DNA of 64,000 nt from NCBI GenBank assembly GCA_035221665.1, contig CM069158.1:6882001-6946000 (forward strand), written 5' to 3'. The stretch is from Okamejei kenojei (lineage: Eukaryota). Made by a program: the position numbers and the translations under genes. Under the pieces are notes generated by a model. The model ran no database searches, was not told where the DNA came from, and worked only from the letters and a program-made list of their open reading frames with translations. Below, in pieces: positions 38,794-50,649 of the stretch (position 1 is its first letter; each line of letters begins with the position of its first letter).

Positions 38794-41700
38794 TGTTGTG
38801 TTGTGTATTTGGGTGCTTAGACTTAAATAAGGCTCGGACACGGGAGTAAACTAACAAGCCTCTTTATTCCAGGACGTCACCTTGAGTCTCCCTCGCGCAT
38901 GCGTCCTTGCACAAGACATCACATATGCTAATTATATCACATACCTAACACTCCTCCCCCTTTTACTTGGAGGCAGGTAACACCATTTCTATTACATACC
39001 TAACACTCCTCCCCCTTTAACTTGGAGACTGGTAACACCATTTCTATTACATGAACCGGACTCCTCCCCTTTAAGTCAATTTCACCTGCATGGTATATGC
39101 TCTTAACTTGACATTTCATTGATTGCTGTTTGAATACACTGTTGCAAAATAGTATTATTACATTCATCTTACAATGCATCCTCATAACTGTAATAATCCT
39201 ATCTAAACCAGCACTTATAATTTTTTCCATCCACCCATCTTCCTTAAACTAAATACATTGCCCCTTGCTTTGTGTTATCATTTTCAGTTCCTTTATGTGT
39301 AACACTTTCTAATCACTCTAGCTCGACCTGTATCTCTGCTTCTTCCCTTTTTACATGTCCTAATCTAATTTGCAAATTTCTTCCTGTTCCTGATATTCTG
39401 CGTTTCTTTTTTTTTGGTTCATGTATTTGTTTTGTTTTCCTCTTTGTAGGTGGGATTTGACCTATGGCTGCAAGTTTTCGTTTTCCAGCAGCTTCCTCTG
39501 TTCAATTTCCATTTGCTGCGTATTTATCTGCTCTTGTTGTTTAATGAGATTCTGCAATGCATAACCATTTGTCCATTGCTCAGTGAAGGAGGCTCCATGG
39601 TGGACTATACAGAAGCGTCCTAATCGCAATCGGTCCTGCATACTTTTGTCTTGACCGACAAGCCTCTCTTCTTTAGACTTTTCTATTAGCAGCTTTCTAC
39701 TCGTTGTCACACATTTATTTAACCTTTCTTTGTATCATTTAAGCCTTTTCTGTTGTTCATCTATTTGTCCACTTACATCTCTGGTTTTTCATCATGAAGT
39801 AAGATCTATATTGTCTTTGCAATACAACGGTGGCTTTGATTTGTGCTCTGTATAATTTTCTTGTTTTATAAGCACGGTAGTGAGACTGCACTATAACTGC
39901 TGTATAATTCAGTTTGAGGAAGTCTTTCCTATATCGTTTAAGCCTTTTGTATCGTTTCAGCCTTTTCTGTTGTGCCTCTATTTGTCCTCTTGCGTCTTTC
40001 CTATACCAACTCATACGGAGTACTGACTGAACTTTTACAGTAGCTCTCTGTTGCTTAACCCACTGCCTAACCACCATACTCTTGTAGGCAGCCTGAATGG
40101 TAATAGTTGTATCCCATATTGACTGATGTTGCACAAACTGGGAATGCCCTATTTTGCATGCTTTGTACCATCTCTGGATCGAAATGACTGCTTGTCCCAT
40201 AGCTCTGTAGCGTACCCTTAATCGGTAACCACGGTATGTAGCTTGCAGAGTGACTACAGCCGCCTTTTACATCAAGAAATGCTTTCTTGTAATGCACATC
40301 CTTATGAATGACTTAATATGGCGTGCTGCCTTGATTTTCTCAACCAATACTCTGGGTTTGATCCCGCGGTATAAGACCTGAATACAAACCACTGCTTTTC
40401 TCAAACTATTATGTCTCACTTGGACATTTCTTATTTGGCAAGCTCTGTATCGTTGCTGTATCGCAATGGCAGACCAGCGTAGTTTCTTGAAATACTGATG
40501 CTGGTTATGCATCTGATAATAAGTCTGTATGACCTTGGCAGATTTGTGCATGCACCGCAATTGCCTTCGAACATGCATTCCTCGGTAGGCAGCCTGAAGC
40601 AGCACAACGCGGCTGCGTACCTTCATGTAGGTTTTGCGATCACTTTCCATTTGAAGGTGTGCCCTATAATGGGTTTGTACTATTATAGCTGCCAATCTCC
40701 TTGCCTTGTATTCACGGTATACTCTGTGCATTATAAATGCTGCTTGTATTACCGTTGATGCCTTCTGTTTGTTCCAGACCTCTCTCTGTACCCTTCATAC
40801 CCTTGAATACAGCTTGAATAATTAGGGTTGCCCTCTGGATGGCAATTTCCCTTTGCCTTTGACTTTTTTCCTTTGCCTTTTACCCTTGGCCTTTTGCACT
40901 TGACGTTCGTCACTTGGCACTTGACTTTTGTCCTTTGAGGGACTCCCTGCCCTCTTTAGTTCGGGCTCCATGCCTCTGGATGCCCTTGGAGGTTTTGGAG
41001 AGAAATGAGCCATTTAATGCCTCCTTACACTCCTCGTAAGTTTTATCCGTGGGCTTTGCTAGCCGCAGTAACGTACGTAAGGTGTGATAACCCTCTCTTC
41101 ATAAGCCTAATATGAACCATGTTCTCCTCTGCAGTGATATCATTGGAAATGAACGAAGCCTCCAAGACTTCAGTCCATTTCTCAAAATTACACCCAGAAT
41201 CTAACTGGGGCAACTTTTCTACCATTTGAAAAGCCATGCTACCTGTTGCTATTCAGGTGCCCTATATTCTGTTCTCTCGCTGTGTTTTCTGCCCTGGACT
41301 TAATCCTTTTACATTCTAAGAGATTATCCATCTCACTGACTATTACTCATTCTTATAATAATAGATTTATACAATTAACCAACATTTCATGTTAATAGCC
41401 AACTACAACATTGTAAACCATATTCCTTCTATGCGCACAGATTTACTATTAATAACAGTGACCAATGCATTACATCCAAACAGTCCTGCTTTTACTTGAA
41501 GTAATAGTGAACAATGCATTACATTCAAAGAGGGCTTTTATTGTGAAGGATTTCACCACTCCAGCTTGTCGGCCTGTGGACTCTGGTGCATCCTCGACCT
41601 CTCTGATTCTCAAGAGGTTCTCCCAAAGACACTTGCTTTTGCTGCTGGCCTCCCCGGACCTCAGCGTTACTTTTAAATTCTGCTGGCCACTCCAGACCTC

Positions 41701-41875
41701 CGATGTTGCTGCTGGCTCAGCCGTTGCTGTTGCCTCCGCTGGCTCGTAGCCAAGTCGACACCCGCTGTTCCACTGACTTGCCTGCTGTCTCCCTTGGACG
41801 CCCTGTGGAAGGTAAGTCGCTGCTCATTACTGCTGCTGGTCCCCGCTGCTCCAAGCGTCGAGAATGTGGCTGGCT
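38794..41875 (-). mobile_element. Non-autonomous Gypsy-like LTR retroelement remnant carrying a captured host fragment; 5' LTR not seen
   Basis: 3' LTR 38794-38950 (TG...CA, AATAAA on minus) preceded by PPT aaaagggggaggag. Gag-like N-terminus FEKWTEVLEASFISNDI in ORF 41043..41237. Weak integrase-like IVHHGASFT in ORF 39462..39710. Confidence 0.7.
39771..40821 (-). pseudogene. ASPM: Frameshifted ASPM-like IQ-repeat fragment
   Basis: Dense tandem IQ motifs (IQAVFKG, IQAAF, VQTHYRA, LQAAYRG, IQTYYQM, IQQRYRA, IQVLYRG, IQRWYKA, IQAAYKS, VQSHYRA, LQRQYRS) at the close spacing typical of the giant IQ exon of ASPM. Split over several frames. Confidence 0.8.
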
Positions 41876-42430
41876 CAGAGATGCCAAGTGTCCCGGATTC
41901 GCCGTATTTTATCCCGGCGAAATAAACTTTTTACGGTGTTCTGGCAGCCAAACATGCTGTTACGGAACACCGCCGCGCCGGTGTTCCTCCCGTGGTGAAC
42001 ACCGGCGCCATGTCCTGGGGGAGGGTTGCCGGGCCCCAGTGGCCGCGCGTGCGCAGTGGGGGAGGGTTGCCGGGCCTGGCGCCATTTCGAGCCACGCCAC
42101 GCCCGGCCCAGAGCCCGGGCGGCGCCGGCCCGCGCGATCAGCGGCACTTTCTTGCCGCCAGCCGGCCGCTCGCGGCAGCCCCATCACCGGGCCTCCCCCC
42201 CCCCCACCCCCACCCAGTGCGCAGGCGCAGACCCGCCGGCAACCTTGCCAAGTGCGCATGTGCCGCACCCGCCCGCCGGCAGCCCGCTGATCTGCACCAG
42301 TGCGCAGGCGCATAGCCGCCGGCAACAACCCCAGGTGAGTATGTTACGGAGAGAAATGCATTTAACCCCATTTGTTACGGACAAATGGGTTAAATGTTAC
42401 TGTGAACTAAATTTAGGGTTGGCATCTCTG
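41876..42430. mobile_element. GC/CpG-rich hAT (Tip100-like) MITE
   Basis: Perfect 12-bp TIRs cagagatgccaa / ttggcatctctg and repeated subterminal ttacgg motifs. No matching TSD. Confidence 0.75.
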
Positions 42431-44413
42431 CATATACCCCCTCATTCCCTGCACTTCCATGTGCCTGTCTACAAGCCTCAAACCACTATTGCATTTTCCT
42501 CCACCACCATCCCTGATAATGTATTCCAGGACTCCACTTCTCTCTGTTTGTAAAAAAAAAAGCTCCATTAAACGTTCCCCCCCCTCTCACCTGGCAGCTA
42601 TGCACTCTAATATTGGACATTTAGACCCTGAGATAAAGGATCTATCTACCTTATCTCTGCCTCTTATAATTTCTCAAGTCTCCTCAAACTGATGTTCCAG
42701 GGAAAACGATCCAGATTCATTTAACCTCTTTCTAAAGCTGAAACCCTCTATTTCAGGCAGCATTCTGGTAAAGAATCATTCTTTGTGCTTCCAAAGCGTC
42801 CACATCTTTTCTGTAATAGGTCAACCAGAACTATACGCAGTACTCTTGTAGAGCTGCTTCAAGACTTATTGACTCTTGTGTTCAATGTCTCTAGCAATGA
42901 AGGCATGCAAACCTGACGCCCGCCTTTACCACCCTATCTATATGTGGTGCCACCTTTAGTGAGTTATGAATTTGGAACGCAGGATCCTAATGCTTTAAGG
43001 GTTTTGCCATTAACTATATACTTTCCCTTATATTCAACCTCCCCAAGTGCAATTGCTTGGGGAATTGGGTGAAGCAAAAACATATCCAGTTTGCATCCGA
43101 TATTGTTATAATGCTATTGGGGCTGAGACGTCCCAGAAAGGTGATTAGCCAAAATTTGAATCAAATTGAAGAGACTTTTTGGATAGAATCCAAAGGTTTG
43201 TCTGGGGAGTGTTCAGGAAATGGATTCCAAGACCTGGTGCCCAGAATCCTTGGAAGGAAAAGCAACAAATGGGATAATATTCACGCAACCCAAGACGGGT
43301 TAGTAGGGAAATCTCAAGTTGTACGCTTGGGTGCAGGGGTGATATAGACACAAGGTACAAGGTGTAGAATTTCAATATTTAAATTGCGTATTTGCGTGCA
43401 GAAGCCAATTTAAAATAGCAACCGTGACTGAAAATGAAATGAATTTGGTGTGAGTTGCCACGGGATACAACAGCCATCTTGGCAATCACCAAGCTTTCTA
43501 AAGAAGCATTTTTAATGCTTATGTGAGGGGATAATTGTCTTTCGCAGAAATGTCAAGCCTGTAGTACTGTGCCTATTTTGCAGATCATTTTTGTTTTTAA
43601 CACATCACAGATAAGTGCAATACAGGATGGATGGAATGTTTTATTGGACTAAGTTTTGCATGACACAGTTTATCTAAAAGCTTCAGTTTCGTAATGCATG
43701 TTAAAAATGTAATTTTAAAAAAAACCTCAAAAATATTCCTTTGTAAAATGGTAGTTGAGCAGTTAATGTTATGAGACCTAGATCTTTTGTCAGGGCAGAT
43801 CCCTCTTCTCAGATTATATCTGGTCCTGCTGACTGTTTTTGTATTTATTTCAGATTTCCAGCATCTATAGTTTTTTTTTGTTTTCGTTTACTGTAATTCC
43901 ATCTAAGGAATTTATATTTATACGGTATTTATAGACTGTGGTGATTGGATTGCACAAGCATTAAGTTTAAAGATTGGGTTGTTTTTGATACAGGTATGCA
44001 ACCAGTAAGAAGCACACAAATCTCCCTGGTGTCAGCTGCACTTGGAAATTTAAGCACAAACTGCCTTATTTAGATGGCAGTGCTTGTGTGGATTTTGCAG
44101 AATGCTACTGAATTCACCCGCTGGTTCTCGCCTGAAAAACATTGTTCTCATCAAACACAGACAGACCTTCCCCAGTGAGATTACTTTAAGACAGAATCCA
44201 CTATGCTTTGATTATAAGGAAATGCAGTTAATGGAAAGATTTTTACTTGGAGCAGAAAGGAGAGTGAAACTGGGAGATCAGTGTAGTTGGCTCATAACCA
44301 AAATAGAAAAATGAATTTAAAATTACATTGTTACACAGCAAGCACTTGCTCCACCTGCTTTTTGCAGTCAAGAGAAAGTGAATATTGCTCATTCCAAGAA
44401 CATTATTTTAAAA

Positions 44414-45445
44414 GACAATAGGTGCAGGAGTAGGCTCAAGCAGCACCGCCATTCAATGTGATCGTGACTGATCATTCACAATCGGTACCCCGTTCCTGCC
44501 TTTTCCCCATATCCCTTGACTCTGCTATCTTTAAGAGCTCTGTCCCGCTCTCTCTTGAAAGCATCCAGAGAACCAGCCTCCACTGCCCTCTGAGACAGAG
44601 AATTTCACAGACTTGCAACTCTCTGTGTGGAAAAGTGTTTCCTCATCTACATTCCAAATGGCTTACTCCTTATTCTTAAACTGTGGTCCCTGGTTCTGGA
44701 CTCCACAAGCATCAGGAACATCCTGCCTCTAGTGTGTCCAAACCCTTAATAATCATATGTTTCAATAAGATCTCATCTCATCCTTCTAAATTCCAGAGTA
44801 TACTATCCCAGCCGCTCCATTCTATCAACATATGACAGTCCCGCCATCCCGGTAATTAACCTTGTAAACCTACGATGCACTCCCTCAATAGCAAGAGCGT
44901 TGTTCCCCAAATTGGGAGACCAAAACTGTACACAATACGGGTGTGGTCTCACTAGGGCCCTGCACAACTGCCGAAGGATCTCTTTGCTCCTATACTCCTC
45001 TTGCTATAAAGGCCAATATGCCATTTACTTTCTTTACTGCCTGCTGTACCTGCAAGGTTACTTTCATTGACCGATGAACAAGGATCCCCAGATCCCGTTG
45101 TACTTCCCCTTTTCCCAACTAGACTCCATTTAGATAATAATCTGCCTTCCTGTTTTTGCCACAAAGGTGAATAACATCACATTTATCCACATTAAACTGC
45201 ATCTGCCATGCATCTGCCCACTCACCCAACCTGTCCAAGTCACCCTGCATTCTCATAGCATTCTCCTCACAGTTCACACTGCCACCCAGCTTTGTGTCAT
45301 CTGCAAATTTGCTAATGTTACATTTAATCCCTTCATCGAAATCATTAATGTATATTGTAAATAGCTGCGGTCCCAGCACCGAGCCTTGCGGTAGATACCC
45401 CACTAGTCACTGCCTGCCATTCTGAAAGGGACCCGTTCATCCATA
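44414..45445 (-). mobile_element. 5'-truncated CR1 LINE
   Basis: PQGSVLGP...FADDTKL in ORF 45119..45403 and CR1 3' UTR near 44414-44500. Confidence 0.92.
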
Positions 45446-45750
45446 CCCTCTGTTTATTGTCACATGTACTGAGGTACAGTGAAAAGCTTTTGTTGCGTGC
45501 TAACCTGTCAGTAGAAAGACTATACATGATTACAATCAAGCCATCCACGGTGTACAGATACAGGATAAAGGGAATAATATTTAATGCACGGAAAAGTCCG
45601 ATTAAAGAAAATCCGAGGGTCTTCAATGAGGTAGACAGTTGCTCATGACCGCTCACTAGTTGTTGATAGGATGGTTCAGTTGCCTGATAATAGCAATGTC
45701 TTTATGCTTATAATTATCCAAGCTTAACTCTCTTCTCTGACATTTTGCAG

Positions 45751-46196
45751 GTATCCCTGTACGAAAATCATTTGAACAAGATCCTTCATTAATGACTTTT
45801 CCATCCAGTTCGATTGCAAGTCAGGTGGAAGGCCATTCTGATTTAGAATACGACGCCACACCAACCAGACAACAGCCTACCAAGAAACTACTCCCAGACA
45901 GGAAGAAAGCTGCCAGGGATCGAGCAAATGAAAAACTAGTGCAGTTCATTGTCAAGGCCAGGGGAGTGGAGAAGCACCTTCAATCTGTAATTACAGGGAA
46001 AAAGCACTCCAAGTGGCTTGAGGAGTTCAAAACCCGTACCCGCAACTCGAGTGTTATTGACACCTACCTTGAAGACGACTGGCAGGTGGACAAAGTGATC
46101 AACTATTTAAAAAGCGTCTATGAAATGAGTGTGGGCACAGAGCTGTTGGTGGATTGCGAGAGGTCCCGCTTTATCTTGGATGTCCTCGTACCAGAG
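45751..46196 (+). CDS. PWWP3A: PWWP3A C-terminal conserved-domain exon (SIPVRKS...LLPDRKKAARDRANEKLVQFIVKARG...FILDVLVPE)
   Basis: ttgcag acceptor and GAG|GTGAGT donor. In frame with ORF 45792..46211. Strong match to the PWWP3A LPDRSRAARDRANQKLVEYIVK...RFILDVLLPE region. Confidence 0.95.
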
Positions 46197-49124
46197 GTGA
46201 GTTCTAACTGAATTGTATGAACTGCATTGTTCGAGCCTCATTGATTTGCCTTAATGGAAAGGAAATAAAACTATAAAGCACTCAGTTAAAGAAACTACTG
46301 AAGCATTCAGAATAAAGGAACATTGATTTACAATCTCAGCTTTATAGTCATACACAGTGTGGAAACAGGCCCATCAGCCCAACGTACTCACACTAGTCCC
46401 ACTTGCTTGCGTTTGGCCCACATCCTTCTAAACCTGTACTATCCACGTACCCATCTAAATGCTTAAACTTTGTGATAGTATCAGCCTCAACTAGCTCCTA
46501 CAGCAGCTCCTTCCAGGCACCCACCCCCCTTTGTGTGGAAAAGGTTACCCCTCAGGTTCCTGTTAAATCTTTCCCCCATCACCTTAAACTTATGTCCTCT
46601 GGTTCTTGAACATAACTAGACTTTATCATTAGTTTCAGTAAGCTGATGCTTAGGTTAATTTACAATTACGTTCACTTGTTCTCATGTTTTAAAGACTGAA
46701 TAGAGCATTTAACTAGAACATAGAACAGTACAGCACAGAGCCGGGCTCTTCGGCACACAATGTCTGTCGAACATGATGCCACTATCATATCTGCCTCTAC
46801 TACCAACCCCAACTAAGAGTTCCAGACATTCATCACCATCTGTGTTTTTAAAAGAAAACATGCCCCGCACATCTCCTTTAAACATTGCCCCCCACCTTAA
46901 ACTAATGCCCTCAAGTATTTGATTATTTTCTATCTGGGGGGGGGGGGAAGGTTCTGACCGTCTACCCTATCTATGCCCCTCATAAATTTTCTCTTCTGTC
47001 CATTCTCCCCACAACATCTGGCATTCCAGAACAAACCAAATCAAGTCGGTTCAACCTTTCCCTGCAGCTGATATTCCCTAATTCATGCATCCATGTGGTA
47101 CAGTTAAAATTATAAAAACTGGTATGGTTTATATGGAGAAAGTTATTTCTAGAGGAAAGTTTTAGCAAGATGTACAATTTGACATTGCAGGAAGCATTTT
47201 TTCACACATGATAGTGGAGGTTCTGAAATTCACTCGAAAGCTGTTTGCTGAAATATTTTTTTTAATTCTGAGATTAACAAGAGAATTGGAGCAAACAAAT
47301 GGCGCTGAGAACCAAATCGGATTGATTTATTATTGTCACGTACACTAGGATACAGTGCAAAATGTTGCATACTTCCCAGTCAAATCATCTTGCACATGAG
47401 TACAAGCAAATCATTCAGGAAGTGCAAAGAGAAAAATACCAAAGTGCAGAATGAAGTGTTACAGCTAATAGGAGTTCAGATTTTTTTTTTTAAATGTACA
47501 AGTGAGGTAGAACGCACCTTCTCACAGTGCTAGAGGCTCGGGTTCAATCCTGAACTCGGGTGCTGTCTGTGGAGTGTTTGCACTATCTCCCTGTGACCAT
47601 GTGGGTTTCCTTAGAATGCTCCAGTTTTCTCCCACATCCCAAAGACACGTGTGTCTGTAGGCTACTTGGCCTCTGTAAATTGCCCTTGTTGTGTCGGGAG
47701 CGGATGAGAAAGTGGGCTAACATGGAACCATTGTGAACGGGTGATCGACGTTCAGCGTGGACCAAAGGGCCAGTTACCATGCTGCACCTCTAAACTATAC
47801 GGGTAAGAATTAAATGAGGTAAGTTGAGAGATTGGAACTACATCTCAGCTTACAAAAGGTCCGTTCAGTGGTCTGATAGCATGGAATTCTGCCCACCAGG
47901 TCAATACTGACCAGCAGTATTCATCCCATTATCTAGCACTTGGTCCATGGGCAATGCAGATGCTCATCTAAACACTTCTTAAATGCTGTCAATTACTCAT
48001 CTTCCATCGCTTTGTCAGGCAGTGTGTTCCAGCTACTCATTACATTGGATGAAAAAGTGAGATCATATAACCTGTGCTAAGCAGAGAACTAAAATGTTTA
48101 ACTTTAAAAAATATACCGAAAATATAGTATAGTTGTGGCTTTATTAACTGGAGCTCTGTGGCTGGCAGAAGCATTGCAATCGGATGAGATGGAAAGTTCA
48201 TGCTATAGGGGCAGAATTAGGCTATTCGACCCATCAGGTCTACTCCGCCATTCAGTCATGGCTGATTTATCTTTTCCTCTCAGTTCCATTCTCCTGCCTT
48301 CACCCGATAACTTAATTCTTCTGAGAATTGTGTCTTTGAAACTTACACAGAAAGCGGAGGTTTTTACATAAAAATTGCACAAAGAAAATTACTGACCATC
48401 ATACAATGTTTAAGAAAGAACTGCAGATGCTGGAAAACAAACGTAGACAAAAAAAACTGGAGAAACTCAGCGGGTGAGGCAGCATCTATGGAGCGAAGGA
48501 ATAGGCGACGCTTCGAGTAGAGACCCTTCTTCATACTGATGTCGGGGAGGGGAGTGGGTGGCGGGATACAATAGTACTCTACATATCTTTAAATTGCTGA
48601 ACTACATATTGTAGTGGCAGATTTTCATATCTTTCAGAAAATTAGCGCCCTAGCGCATGGTTGAGGGGGGTGTTTTTGAAACGCATGCAAGCTCACTCAC
48701 AGATACATTCAGATCTTCTTCACAGATATGGCTTCAAAACGGTCTTTTGATGAATAAATGCTTTATTGTTGATAGAAAACAGTAAGATACATCCAAATTT
48801 CTTTCGACTCGTTACTACAATCTTCATCGAACTCCAGCTTATTACTTTAAACATTAGAAAACTCCTCGTGTCTCCATAACAACACTGGAATGATCTCCTT
48901 TAGATCTCGCATGGACTCCGCATGGTCGAAGAGTTAACCCTCCCCATCGTCTCTCCAAACTAAAAAACTAAACTTCTGCACAAGCATCTAAGCTCCAAAC
49001 ATGCCCAAAAATATGCCATAAATCCCATCACTCAATATAATGGGCAGCCTAAAATTTAAAGGTACATGCCATCATCAAGTACATGCAAAACAGGCCAAAT
49101 GGCCACTACACATGTCATTTCAAT

Positions 49125-49705
49125 AGACAATAGAGGTGCAGGAATAGGCCATTCGGCCCTTCGAGCCAGCACCGCCATTAAATGTGATTATGGCTGATCA
49201 TCCACAATCAGTACCCCGTTCCTGCCTTCTCATATCCCTTGACTCTGTTATCTTTGACCCTTGAGCTCTCTATCTTTAAGAGCTCTGTCTAGCTCTCTCT
49301 TGAAAGCATCCAGAGAGCCAGCCTCCACTGCCCTCTGAGGCAGAGAATTCCATAGACTCACAACTCTCTGTGTGAAAAGGTTTTTCCTCATCTCCGTTCT
49401 AAATGGCTTACCCCTTATTCTTAAACTATGGCCTCTGGTTCTGGACTCCCCCAACATCGGGAACATGTTTCCTGCCTCTAGCGTGTCCAAACCCTTAATA
49501 ATCTTATATGTTTCAATAAGATCCCCTCTCATCATTCTAAATTCCAGAGTATACAAGCCCAGCCGCTCGATTCTATGAACATATGACAATCCTGCCATCC
49601 CGGGAATTAACCTGGTGAACCTACACTGCACTGCCTCAATAGCAAGAATGTCCTTCCTCAAATTGGGAGACAAACTGCACACAGTACTCCAGGTGTGGTC
49701 TCCTT
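49125..49705 (-). mobile_element. CR1 3' fragment (partly deleted in duplicate copy 2, near 56620-56800)
   Basis: ORF 49248..49682 with RLGLYTLE.R.MRGDLIETYKI and FTQRVVSLWNSLP. Confidence 0.92.
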
Positions 49706-49721
49706 AGTGAAGACAGACTTA

Positions 49722-50024
49722 AAGCCCTGTCCCACAGTACGAGTTCATTTCAAGAGCCCTCCCGAGTTTGGCCTGATTCGAACTCGGAGATTGATGGTAA
49801 TAGCCACTCGTCGGTTGAAAAATGCTGAGAAATCTTCACGAGTCTTGCTTACCCGCCGTTAGCGAGTCTTCCCGAGTACCTGCCGTTAGCGTTATGAGAC
49901 GCTAAGAGACGTCCCCGAGCTCCGACGTACCCACTACGTTCATTCTCCGTGCTTACCACGAGTTTAATTTTTTTTTTAACTCTGAAGAGCTCTTGGAATT
50001 AACTCGTACCGTGGGACAGGGCTA
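49722..50024. mobile_element. PIF/Harbinger MITE (duplicate near 56815-57144)
   Basis: TIRs agccctgtcccacagtacgagtt / aactcgtaccgtgggacagggct with a TTA TSD on both sides. Confidence 0.85.
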
Positions 50025-50649
50025 TTACCACCTTAAATAACAATATTTTACACTGCAATTGTGTAAGGCATGTACATTGTGAATGGCTCGATTGTAATCA
50101 TGTATTGCCTTTCCGCTGACTGATTAGCACGCAACAAAGGCTTTTCACTGTACCTTGGTACACATGACACTAAACTCAACTATAAACAGAATCCAAACAA
50201 AATGCAGCAAAAATAAGTGACTGCTCAACATAATGTACCAAATCTTTAAAGAGGATGTTACTGCTAATTCTCCTACAACTGTGTGTCCCTTGTGTATAAA
50301 CATAAATTAACTCATTTTTTCATACATCTTACATAGTGCTTGAAATAGAATTTACTGTTTGAGCTTTTTTTTCTTAAAAGCAAAACAACCTTAAATGGGC
50401 TTTTCATAGAATTTTAGTCTAGGCTACCATTTAAACAAAAATGACTCTATTCTAAACATTAAAAAAAACAATTCAATTTGTTTTCACCAACATTTCTGTT
50501 CTGGATACCCAAGAATCTCATTAAGTTCAACAGAACCTTTGGTGACAAAAGGCTGAGGAGATGTATATTTACTAGCCTACTTCATTAGATCTCTTGTGTC
50601 CCCTGCTTTCATACCTCCCACTCTCGGGCAAAAAGTGTGAATGAAGGTG

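Noticed and set aside
39771-40821. A functional nested ASPM gene
   Set aside because: Frameshifted, lacks CH/ASH domains and splice structure, and is embedded in LTR-element sequence.
42359-42412. Helitron 3' hairpin plus CTRR as the agent of ASPM capture
   Set aside because: The hairpin is AT-rich, lies inside hAT TIRs, and lacks the CTRR|T end context.
41703-42553. Several overlapping 100-195 aa ORFs
   Set aside because: A by-product of high GC content within a MITE. No recognisable domain.
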